Position numbers and translations under genes: made by a program
In this document: positions 53,005 to 61,833 of the stretch, one piece after another
How the letters are laid out: each line of letters starts with the position of its first letter
How positions within the stretch are numbered: the stretch's first letter is position 1
Source: an uncultured Clostridia bacterium
GTDB lineage: Bacteria; Bacillota; Clostridia; TANB77; CAG-508
Assembly: GCA_944392545.1 (NCBI GenBank)
Contig: CALXWW010000001.1
Coordinates: 68,033 to 132,032 of the forward strand
Direction of reading: 5' to 3'
DNA length: 64,000 nt
The notes under the pieces: generated by a model
Database searches by the model: none
Told to the model about the DNA's origin: nothing
What the model saw: the letters and a program-made list of their open reading frames with translations, nothing else

Positions 53005-53303
53005 TTATATATTCATGGCAAAAACTCCTATAATAAATCCTAATATATTCCCTATAGCGCACAGTCTCCCATTATATAACTTATTTGCCTCTAATGTAAG
53101 CTCTCCTGACACTATATAAATCATTGCACCTGCTGAGAAAGCCAAACATACTGCAATCACTTCTATAGAGATTTTACCTACTATTCCTCCAATTAAAGCC
53201 CCAATTCCCGTTGTTACTCCAGATAATATTACATAGTATATGACTTTTGAAATTTTCATACCGCTATATTTCATCGGTACTGCCATAGCTATACCTTCTG
53301 GTA
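53005..53303 (-). pseudogene. 3' half of a ZIP (ZupT/GufA) metal transporter gene, interrupted by an integrated element
   Basis: Frame reads (stop)-N-L-PEGIAMAVPM...FSAGAMIYIVSGEL. Homology begins inside the HNxPEG motif and there is no RBS. Confidence 0.85.
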
Positions 53304-53326
53304 GATTCTAAAGTAGACAGTTAGTT

Positions 53327-54349
53327 TTAGTTCTTTTTTCTCATATTATTTTTACATTCTTCTATTATTCTATCAAAATCAGAAATATATTTTTTATCTT
53401 GTTCTTCTCTAAACTTCTCGTACTCATTTTCTGCAAATTCTTTTGCCAACTCTGCTGAAATAGTTCCTTTACCTTTTAGTACATCATACCTATTAGTTTT
53501 TAACATAGTGTTTAATTCTTCAACCCAATCTTTCATTTTCATTGGTATTTGTCTTTTTGCCCTATTCTCTGCAATGTCTAAATACATATTTACTATGTCT
53601 TGTAAAAACTCTAATTCTTTTGATGTTAAATAGTTTTTTGCAATAGAAACATCACTTTTTAAAATTTTTCCATCAGGAGATTGTTTCCAAGAAGTTAAGC
53701 CCATATGTTCTTTTTTACTGCTTGCTCTATGATATATAATTTCAGCGGCAGTCTCATTTGTAATAGCATAATGAAATTTATTTTGAATAGTTGCATAAAA
53801 ATCCTTTGCAATTTCAGAATTTTTATTATAATCAATACTGCATTCAGCAAAAATATCTGTTACTTTTTGATAAAATCTTCTTTCACTTGTTCTAATCTCC
53901 TTTATGATTTCTAATAATTCATCAAAATAATCTTTTCCATATTTTGCTGGATTTTTTAATTTTTCCTTATTTATGCTATATCCTTTTATAATATATGATT
54001 TTAATATTTCTGTAGCCCATTGCCTAAACTTTGTTGCTTTTTTTGAGTTTGCTCTATATCCCACAGCAATAATCATATCTAAATTATAATAATCTATATT
54101 TCTAGTAACTCTCCTTCCTCCTTCATTTTGAACTGTTGCAAATTTTGCAACAGTTGAATTTCTTTCAAGTTCTCCTTCCAAATATATATTGTTTATATGC
54201 CTAGAAATATCTGATTTATCCTTATCGAATAATTCTGCAATTTTATTTAGTGGAAGCCAAATTGTTTCATTGTATAAAAAAGCTTCTACCTCTATTTTAC
54301 TATTTTCATCTTCGTAAATAATTAAATCTCCTTTAGTTAATTCTTGCAT
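53327..54349 (-). CDS. RhuM-family (virulence RhuM) protein
   Basis: ETIWL...YNLDMIIAVGYR.NS.KATKFRQWAT, IRTSERRFYQK, HMGLTSWK. Confidence 0.92.
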   Translation of the reverse strand: MQELTKGDLIIYEDENSKIEVEAFLYNETIWLPLNKIAELFDKDKSDISRHINNIYLEGELERNSTVAKFATVQNEGGRRVTRNIDYYNLDMIIAVGYRANSKKATKFRQWATEILKSYIIKGYSINKEKLKNPAKYGKDYFDELLEIIKEIRTSERRFYQKVTDIFAECSIDYNKNSEIAKDFYATIQNKFHYAITNETAAEIIYHRASSKKEHMGLTSWKQSPDGKILKSDVSIAKNYLTSKELEFLQDIVNMYLDIAENRAKRQIPMKMKDWVEELNTMLKTNRYDVLKGKGTISAELAKEFAENEYEKFREEQDKKYISDFDRIIEECKNNMRKKN

Positions 54350-54468
54350 TAGTGACCTCCTTTTATCGTGAACTTTTGTTTGTATTTTATAGTTTTTTTA
54401 TCTATTTGTCAATGGTTCTGTCCAAATTCTTTCAGAATTATATAAAAATATTATCTATTCAGTTTAGA

Positions 54469-56019
54469 TTATTTATAAATACCATTCAGTTTTTTGAAAT
54501 TAAAATATAGGTCTACTTGTTTGTCTTGATGTATCTCTATTCTGTTAATCAACACTTTCATTATCTCTGGAGTTGGTTTTTCAAGTTTCAAAAATTCTTT
54601 CACAAGCTTTTCTATATCGTCATCTTTGTCGTCTGTACATTCCTCGGCTTCTTTTTTTAAGTCTATATACTCTGTTTCTTTAGTCTTTTCAACCTTTTTT
54701 AATTTTTCAAAAAGTCTTTCATACATTTCTTCACTAAGTTTGTTATTTAGCTTATCAATATACATTTTATCAATATTATTATTTATGATTTCAATTTCTT
54801 TTTCTATTTTGTTAAGCATTTTTTTATAATCATATTTTGTTTTACTTTGTTTAATGTTTAACATAATTTTTTTATTGTCAATTTCAACAAATAATTTCCT
54901 TATATAATCAATTATCTGTTTTTCTAATCGCTCATAACTAAAGCCATGAGATGTACATAAATTCAATTTAGAATTTCTACGGTAATTATTGCATATCATG
55001 TCTAATCTTCCATCTTTTCTTGTTCTAACTCCGATTTTGTGCTTACATTCATAGCATATTAGCAATCCATCTAATAAAAAATGATTCTTTTTTTCGTTTC
55101 TATCATACTTCTGTACTATACCCATTTTTTGCACTCTGTCAAAAACATTTTTATCAATAATTAGTTCGTGGGTATTTTCTACTATTTGCCATTGTTCTTT
55201 TGGATTTGCTCGAAGTTTTCTATTTTTATAGCTTATCCTACTCCTTTTATTTTGAATTGTAACACCAATATATGCTTTGTTTTGCAATATGAGTTTGACA
55301 GTTTTATTTTCCCAAAAAGTTGCTCTATTATACCTAATTTGGTTAGCTGTTGGAATATTATTGTTATTTAGATAATCTCTTATTACACCTACGTTATTCC
55401 CAGCCAACGCCATATTAAAAATAGTTCTGACAATTTTTGCTTCTTCACCACAAATAATTAAATGATTCTTATCTTTTGGATCTTTCATATATCCCAAAGG
55501 TGTTTTACCTCCTACCCATTTTCCTTGTTTTTGCATAGTGTGTAATGCTGTTTTTATTTTTTTAGATAAATCTTTTGAATACATATCATTTAATATTGAT
55601 TTAAAAGGTGCAATATCATTATTTCCATTGTTTGTAGCAAAAGTATCTATGTTATCCGTTACAGAAACATATCTAACATTATTTTCTGGAAACCACTTTT
55701 CTATATATTCTCCTGTTTCTATGTAATCACGACCTAGACGAGATAAATCCTTTGTTACAACCATATTTACCTTGCCTAATTCTATGTCTTTAATCATTCG
55801 CTTAAAATCTGGTCTATTAAAGTTTGTTCCTGTGTATCCAGGGTCTATGTAAATATCTACGAGTTCATACTCCCAACCTAGTTTTTCTACATATTCAGTT
55901 AATAATGCTTTTTGATTTGTTATACTTTCGCTTTCATCATATCCTTTATCTATATCTTCTTTTGATAATCTAATATATATTGCGACCTTGTATATTGTTC
56001 TCTTTATTTTTTCAAGCAT
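54469..56019 (-). CDS. large serine recombinase (resolvase + recombinase + zinc ribbon)
   Basis: YIRLS (catalytic Ser), KDLSRLGRD, PLGY, CYEC...C...C. Probable ATG at 56019 after AGGAG. Confidence 0.95.
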   Translation of the reverse strand: MLEKIKRTIYKVAIYIRLSKEDIDKGYDESESITNQKALLTEYVEKLGWEYELVDIYIDPGYTGTNFNRPDFKRMIKDIELGKVNMVVTKDLSRLGRDYIETGEYIEKWFPENNVRYVSVTDNIDTFATNNGNNDIAPFKSILNDMYSKDLSKKIKTALHTMQKQGKWVGGKTPLGYMKDPKDKNHLIICGEEAKIVRTIFNMALAGNNVGVIRDYLNNNNIPTANQIRYNRATFWENKTVKLILQNKAYIGVTIQNKRSRISYKNRKLRANPKEQWQIVENTHELIIDKNVFDRVQKMGIVQKYDRNEKKNHFLLDGLLICYECKHKIGVRTRKDGRLDMICNNYRRNSKLNLCTSHGFSYERLEKQIIDYIRKLFVEIDNKKIMLNIKQSKTKYDYKKMLNKIEKEIEIINNNIDKMYIDKLNNKLSEEMYERLFEKLKKVEKTKETEYIDLKKEAEECTDDKDDDIEKLVKEFLKLEKPTPEIMKVLINRIEIHQDKQVDLYFNFKKLNGIYK

Positions 56020-56050
56020 CTTTTCTCCTTTCCATGCCTGATAAAAATAA

Positions 56051-56096
56051 TTTGAATTCATAATAAAATTATGAACTATTTTATTACGAATTCAAA
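56051..56096. promoter_or_regulatory. 19-bp near-perfect inverted repeat upstream of the recombinase
   Basis: TTTGAATTCATAATAAAAT / ATTTTATTACGAATTCAAA. Confidence 0.6.
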
Positions 56097-56479
56097 TACT
56101 CAACACACAATACTTTAATTAATTTTCCTTAATAATAAGTTTGATATAATCTTTTCTAATTCTTCTCCTTGTTCATCAAAATAAATTTTTATTAAAAATT
56201 CCTCTTGCATATTATCACCTTACTTCTATCAAAATAAATAATCTTACTCAATTTATATGTAAGTAAAAAAATGATTATGATAAATTATTTGTTTCTCTTG
56301 CTTCTGCTCTCTTTTCCGCCTCTGTTTTTGCCTCAGCAATATTTAATACAATATTTCTAGGATACATTTTAAATGCTTGTCTCATTTCCATACCAAAATT
56401 TTGCAAATTAATTTTTTCATTTTATCTTTAATGTAACATATATTCCAAGGCTACTTGACCATATGCAACAACTTCTTTT

Positions 56480-56725
56480 TTATTCATAGCTTACACCTCC
56501 AATAAAGGTTTCAAATAGTGTAATGATATTATTCCATTTTTCTTCAGAATTTTCCGTTATACATATTTTACATTTTTCTATATACGAATAGTCTTTTTTT
56601 CTTCTAATGATTATTTCTAATTTTTGATATTTATTTGCTTCATAACGTATTTCTGCATATATCTTACTGCTCTTATTGTTTAATTTGTCTGCTAGTTTAA
56701 ACACTTTTAACAATTTTTCTTCCAT
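56480..56725 (-). CDS. hypothetical protein
   Basis: GAGG RBS; coupled to neighbouring genes. Confidence 0.7.
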   Translation of the reverse strand: MEEKLLKVFKLADKLNNKSSKIYAEIRYEANKYQKLEIIIRRKKDYSYIEKCKICITENSEEKWNNIITLFETFIGGVSYE

Positions 56726-56731
56726 AAAATA

Positions 56732-57154
56732 TTACCTCTCTTTTATATATTTAGGTACATCTATAGCCCTACCAAATTTTTCATCAAACTCATACCTATG
56801 TTTTGAAGGATTGTAATTATAGGCACTGCTATTCCATTTTCTAAATGCTTCATTATTCATATGTCCTCTTTTTGACAATTCTCTTACATCTTGGTTGTGC
56901 TGTGCTTGTACCATAGGATACTGATCGTCTATTCTCTTTTGTTCTCGTTTATTCTTCATAAAATTATTTTGATTAATTTTTCTATTTTGCTGCGAAATAT
57001 CTTTTCTGCATTGTTTTTCTTCAGCATATCTCAGATCTGTTTTTATTATTTTAGTTATATATGCTGAACTCGTACCAATGTTTTCTGCAATTTCATTTAC
57101 TTTTAAATGCTTTTCAAAAAATAACTCTATAATTAAATTTTTTTTCTTTTCCAT
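56732..57154 (-). CDS. HTH-containing hypothetical protein
   Basis: LKVNEIAENIGTSSAYITKII. Confidence 0.75.
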   Translation of the reverse strand: MEKKKNLIIELFFEKHLKVNEIAENIGTSSAYITKIIKTDLRYAEEKQCRKDISQQNRKINQNNFMKNKREQKRIDDQYPMVQAQHNQDVRELSKRGHMNNEAFRKWNSSAYNYNPSKHRYEFDEKFGRAIDVPKYIKER

Positions 57155-57220
57155 TTCTTACACCTGATTTGGTTAATTTTTTGTCAACACTTTTTTTGCA
57201 TAGCAATTCTATTAGAAATC

Positions 57221-57391
57221 TTATTTAATTTCTAATTCTTCCATCTTTTTCTTAAAAGCTTGTTCTTTCTTTTTTCTGTTTTTCAATTCTCTATATTTCT
57301 TATATGTGTCTATTAGTTTTGGTAGTACATAATCTAAACAGAAAAATAAAACAACAAGACATACTATCAATAATGCAAATCTCAAAACCAT
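57221..57391 (-). CDS. small single-TM protein
   Basis: AAGGAG RBS before MVLRFALLIVCLVVLFF; basic tail. Confidence 0.6.
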   Translation of the reverse strand: MVLRFALLIVCLVVLFFCLDYVLPKLIDTYKKYRELKNRKKKEQAFKKKMEELEIK

Positions 57392-57547
57392 CTTTTTTAC
57401 TCCTTTCCTTAATAAATTTGAAAAAGCAGACAAGAGCTTTTTTCTCTCATCTGCTTTACAATATAGTGTGTCCTTAATTTGCCCTTCATTATATTTACTT
57501 ACGAAAATTTGTCAAAATCCGACCGTAATTTAAATTTTTTTTATTTT

Positions 57548-57727
57548 TTAGAATTTATAATTTTTTATAGCAACTATCAGTCTCTCTATTATGTATTGGT
57601 ATCTATCTTCGTCTTCAAATGAAAGTCTTTCTATCATTTTCCTTTTTCTGTTAATTATTTTTATTAGAGATATTTCATCTCCAGCTTGTGCTTTTTTTCC
57701 TAAATCATATAAACTTTCTTTTTGCAT
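57548..57727 (-). CDS. 59-aa helix-turn-helix protein (YvrJ/conjugative-transposon-like)
   Basis: Manual translation MQKESLYDLGKKAQAGDEISLIKII...AIKNYKF, coupled to the upstream sigma-r4 gene. Confidence 0.65.
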   Translation of the reverse strand: MQKESLYDLGKKAQAGDEISLIKIINRKRKMIERLSFEDEDRYQYIIERLIVAIKNYKF

Positions 57728-57728
57728 A

Positions 57729-58139
57729 CTATTTTCTTCCTTTCATATAATTTTTTAGCTTTTTTATAGCCCTTCTTTTTATTCTTGTTACTGAATCTGA
57801 ACAAATTTCTAATATCTTACTTGCTTCATTACTTGTAAACTGTTTTTCAAACAAAAGAAAAACCACTGTCATTTCAATATTAGACAGTGATTTTAAAGCT
57901 TTTAATAAATTTATATTTTCAATTTGTTCTATTAGGTCATTTATACCAATAATTTTGTGTCTATCATCCTCTTGTAAAGAAAATTGTCCTATATATTGCT
58001 CATATCTTTCATCATCTATAAGTTTTTGTTCTACTTCGTCTTTGGCGTATTCTTCTTTGAAATACTTTTTTGAAGATAGTACTATTGTCTTATTTATGAA
58101 GTTTTCAAATTTTTCCTCTCTTTCACTTAATTTAGGCAT
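57729..58139 (-). CDS. sigma-70 region-4 domain protein
   Basis: LKALKSLSNIEMTVVFLLF...SNEASKILEICSDSVTRIKRRAIKKLK. Confidence 0.85.
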   Translation of the reverse strand: MPKLSEREEKFENFINKTIVLSSKKYFKEEYAKDEVEQKLIDDERYEQYIGQFSLQEDDRHKIIGINDLIEQIENINLLKALKSLSNIEMTVVFLLFEKQFTSNEASKILEICSDSVTRIKRRAIKKLKNYMKGRK

Positions 58140-58528
58140 TTCATTATCTCCTTTTTAGAAAATTAGCCCTTAGACCCAAGTTCTAAAGGAGATAATTATT
58201 TATCTATTCCCTTTACTATATAATTGTATTATTTTACATACTTTCACCGCCTCTTTACATCAATTTAAAAAGTGTACTAAAACTTTATCTATTGTATTAT
58301 AAAAGTCTTTTGTATATCTCCTTTTCTCCTTGATACAAAGAGCCATTGAAATTTTACTATATGCTCTTGTAGTCATATCAAAATAAGAAAAAATTGTAAT
58401 AAATCGTAAAAAATCGTATTTTGTCATTTTTTAATTTAAATTCTTTATCTTTGTTGAAATATTGATGTTTTTGTGATAAACTATTACCAATTTATAAAAT
58501 TAAAAGGCTATTAAATGGAGGTATAATC

Positions 58529-59248
58529 TTGATTAAATTGTTAATCGCAGATGATAATATTAACATATGTGAGTCATTATTCACTGTATTAACAAAGGAA
58601 AAAGACTTTAAAATAACAGGAATTGCACATAATTGGAAAGCCATTGAAGAACAGTATTTTGAAACACGCCCTGACTTTATGCTTTTAGACTTGAAGATGC
58701 CAGAAAAAAGCGGTTTGCAAATCATTAGCGAATTGACTGAAAAAGAGTCAACCCCCAAAAAGAACATAATTGTTATGTCTGGTGATATGAAATATCGAGC
58801 CAGTTTAACCAATGTAGAAAAAGTAAAGTGGGTTTTCCCTAAGCCTATTGATTATTCTAAATTAATAGAAGTCATACGCGAATCAGCTAGACAAAATATC
58901 ATTCCAGAAATGATTAGTTCTATTGTAGATGATTTACTAAGTAAATTAAGAATACCATTTGGCAAAGGTAGAACATTGTTAAAATCAGCAATTATTTTAG
59001 CTTATGCTAGGCCTATTTTACTCAAAAAAATGGAAATCCTAATGAAAAATGTTGCTCAGAAAGAAAAATATTCAAATGCTAGATCCGTTCGTTCAAATAT
59101 TGACAAAATAATTGAAAAAACTTTTTATCAAACTAGTGATAGTTCAATTTTTTATATATTGGATGAGTATTATGGAGAAAAAATGACAACTAAGTCTTTT
59201 ATTAGTAGTTGTACATTGTATATTCGTAAAACTCTAAAAAATAGTTGA
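58529..59248 (+). CDS. Spo0A-like response regulator (receiver + divergent Spo0A C-terminal domain)
   Basis: IADDN, LLDLKMP, KP; C-terminal LSKLRIP..KGRTLLKSAI...KMTTKSFI. TTG start after GGAGG. Confidence 0.8.
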   Translation: MIKLLIADDNINICESLFTVLTKEKDFKITGIAHNWKAIEEQYFETRPDFMLLDLKMPEKSGLQIISELTEKESTPKKNIIVMSGDMKYRASLTNVEKVKWVFPKPIDYSKLIEVIRESARQNIIPEMISSIVDDLLSKLRIPFGKGRTLLKSAIILAYARPILLKKMEILMKNVAQKEKYSNARSVRSNIDKIIEKTFYQTSDSSIFYILDEYYGEKMTTKSFISSCTLYIRKTLKNS

Positions 59249-59407
59249 TTTATTTGGTAGACAATTATTGTAGATTGTCTGCTTTTATGTTATTATCTTT
59301 ACAAACAAATGGTAATTTAGAATGGAGAATTAAATGATGGTAAGATAACAAAAGAACAGGATAATAAAGAAACTAGAATAGTAGCTGCATATAATAATGG
59401 AGAATCT

Positions 59408-59866
59408 ATGAATGCTATTGCAAAAGAGTTTAATACATATCCAACTACTATAAAACGTATTTTAGAGAAACACAGTGTAGAGCTAAGAAATGACGCAAAA
59501 ATAAAGGGCGAATTTTATGTAAAAGATGGCGAACAATTAATTGAATGGGCTAAGGCTCAAGACAGATTAGTTACAAAAGATGAATTAGCACAAATAGTAG
59601 GTAGGAAAAGGCTTTCTCCTTCTTATTTTGTTAAATATCCAGAGTTAGGTCAATATATAAAAACAGAAGGTCAAAATGAATTACAAAAATATTATCAAAA
59701 ATTATATGAATGGTTACAAAAAAATAATATCCCGTATAAACCAAACGATAGAACTAAAATTAAAATGTCTGTCGATGCATTACTACTAGAAGATTATTCA
59801 AATTTAGCAATTTGTATTTCAGAAAAACCTCTATGTATTAGTAAAAAGAAACATGAAAATAATTAA
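59408..59866 (+). CDS. HTH protein with possible truncated nuclease-like C-terminus; 5' end probably disrupted
   Basis: The HTH begins upstream of the ATG (IVAAYNNGESMNAIAKEF); the RBS-linked ATG near 59334 is out of frame. Confidence 0.55.
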   Translation: MNAIAKEFNTYPTTIKRILEKHSVELRNDAKIKGEFYVKDGEQLIEWAKAQDRLVTKDELAQIVGRKRLSPSYFVKYPELGQYIKTEGQNELQKYYQKLYEWLQKNNIPYKPNDRTKIKMSVDALLLEDYSNLAICISEKPLCISKKKHENN

Positions 59867-59943
59867 TCTTAATAATACATAATAAAAGTAGGATGATTTT
59901 GAACTGAACCCAAAAAGTTAGACGCTTTTTGATTAAGTTTATA

Positions 59944-60798
59944 TTAGGCTACTTTTAGGGAATGGATTCTGTAATTTACAGGACTCATTCCTTTTAATTT
60001 GCCTTTAATCCTTTTATTATTATAGTAATCTATATATTCAATTAATTCTTTTTTAAAATGTTCTATTGATTCAAAATTCTGTAAATACAATAATTCAGAT
60101 TTTAATAATCCAAAGAAATTTTCAGCTACAGAATTATCTAAACAATTACCTTTTCTAGACATACTTTGTTTAATTCCTTTTTTCTCTAAAGCATATTGAT
60201 ATTGTTTCATTTGATATTGCCATCCTTGGTCTGAATGTAATATTAAATTGGTATTATCTGGTATTTTGTTAAAAGCTTTTTCTAGCATATCCATAACTTG
60301 ATAAAATACTGGTCTTTCAGAAATGTTGTAGCTAACAACCTCCCCATTAAACAAATCAATTATTGGAGACAGATAAATTTTAGTTCCAAAAAGAGAAAAT
60401 TCAGTAACATCTGTAACCCACTTTTGGTTAGGTTTATTAGCTTTAAAATCGCGTTTTAACAAATTATCACATATTTTACCAATTTCACCTTTATATGATT
60501 TATACTTTTTCATTCTTACAAAACATTGTAATCCTAATTCTCTCATAAGTTTTAAAACTGTTTTATGATTAATTACATAGTTTCTATTATGAAGTTCCAT
60601 TGTAATTCTTCTATATCCATATCTACCTTTGTTTTCATGATAAATAGCTGTTATCTGTTCTTTAATCTCTTTATATTTATCTTCTTTTTTAAATTGTTTA
60701 AGATAGTAGTAATATGTACTTCTTGGCATTTCTGCTAATTTCAATAAAGCCGTTAACCTATATTTGTGCCTTGATTCTGTAACGACTTCTACTTTTTC
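59944..60798 (-). CDS. IS3 transposase OrfB (DDE), probably via -1 frameshift
   Basis: WVTDVTE, HSDQGWQY, DNSVAENFF. G_AAA_AAG at the orfA end (60798-60792) leads into the -1 frame. Confidence 0.93.
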   Translation of the reverse strand, partial: EKVEVVTESRHKYRLTALLKLAEMPRSTYYYYLKQFKKEDKYKEIKEQITAIYHENKGRYGYRRITMELHNRNYVINHKTVLKLMRELGLQCFVRMKKYKSYKGEIGKICDNLLKRDFKANKPNQKWVTDVTEFSLFGTKIYLSPIIDLFNGEVVSYNISERPVFYQVMDMLEKAFNKIPDNTNLILHSDQGWQYQMKQYQYALEKKGIKQSMSRKGNCLDNSVAENFFGLLKSELLYLQNFESIEHFKKELIEYIDYYNNKRIKGKLKGMSPVNYRIHSLKVA

Positions 60799-61298
60799 TT
60801 GTTCTCTCGCTTTATTCTTTCCTGAACTAAGGCATTTAATTTTTTTAAGTATTCATTTTCCATCCTTAATCTTTGATTTTCAGAAATTAAATCTTCTTCT
60901 ACTTCTTTAGATAATTTCTTTTTTCTTGGTTTAGAACTCATATTCTTTTTTCTACCACGTCGCTCTTCATAGAGTGCTTGTGGCCCTTCCTCATAATATA
61001 TACGTTCCCATATACCAACTCTATCTTGGTTTCCTATATTAAATTTTATACAAGTTTCTAAAAGTGATAAATGGTTTTCATGCATATATTCTACAACATA
61101 TTGTTTGAATTTTCCATCATATTTTTGAAAATTACGTACTAGTCCTTGTGGTCCATGCTCTTGGTATTTTCTTACCCATTTTTGAACTATACTATGATGA
61201 GAAAGGTTAAAATGATCAGCTGTCGCTTGAAATCCAAAATGCTTTTCTAGGCAATATTGTACTACCTGTAGTTTAAATTCATGAGAATATTTACTCAT
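60789..61298 (-). CDS. IS3 transposase OrfA (HTH)
   Basis: MSKYSHEFKLQVV...LRMENEYLKKL; GGAGG RBS. Confidence 0.93.
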   Translation of the reverse strand: MSKYSHEFKLQVVQYCLEKHFGFQATADHFNLSHHSIVQKWVRKYQEHGPQGLVRNFQKYDGKFKQYVVEYMHENHLSLLETCIKFNIGNQDRVGIWERIYYEEGPQALYEERRGRKKNMSSKPRKKKLSKEVEEDLISENQRLRMENEYLKKLNALVQERIKRENKKK

Positions 61299-61376
61299 TA
61301 AAAATACACCTCCAAATGTTAGATTTTTGTCTAACATTTGGGGTGCACTTCATTTTACTCCTACTTTTATTATAAT

Positions 61377-61823
61377 CTATTTTTTAGTTTTTATAATCTT
61401 TCTTTTTATAATATTATATGCAATTAATAAAATTGCTAAATTTATGAAATTAAAATACCAAAAATATTTTATTATATCATTATCATTTATTTTATCTGCT
61501 AGCTTTTCAATCTTTGGCCTTTCTGATTTTATTAATATATTACTATGATGTTTCTCTCCTGTCTGATTATCTCTATATACTACTACTAAAATAGGCTTAA
61601 ACCTTGCTTGATCTCTATATACAAATAATATATCAGTTTCTTCCAATTGATTAAATTCTTCTTTAAGTATTTGTCTATCATTGTCATTTATAAAAGCATA
61701 CTCTATGGATGAATCTAATATAAATGAAAATATAAAATAAACGCCACAATATATTATTAATCCTATAAAAAATTTATTCTTTTTCATATATAAGAATGTA
61801 TCATAAAAAATATTCCTTGTCAA
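61377..61823 (-). CDS. two-TM membrane protein of unknown function
   Basis: Hydrophobic N- and C-terminal helices; directly downstream of the hydrolase gene. Confidence 0.65.
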   Translation of the reverse strand: MTRNIFYDTFLYMKKNKFFIGLIIYCGVYFIFSFILDSSIEYAFINDNDRQILKEEFNQLEETDILFVYRDQARFKPILVVVYRDNQTGEKHHSNILIKSERPKIEKLADKINDNDIIKYFWYFNFINLAILLIAYNIIKRKIIKTKK

Positions 61824-61833
61824 ATATTTATAT

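Larger units (their letters stand above)
59900..61352 (-). mobile_element. IS3-family (IS150-like) insertion sequence, 1453 bp
   Basis: TG...CA ends; IRs TGAACTGAACCCAAAAAGTTAGAC / TGAAGTGCACCCCAAATGTTAGAC; 3-bp TTT target duplication; orfA/orfB. Confidence 0.95.
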
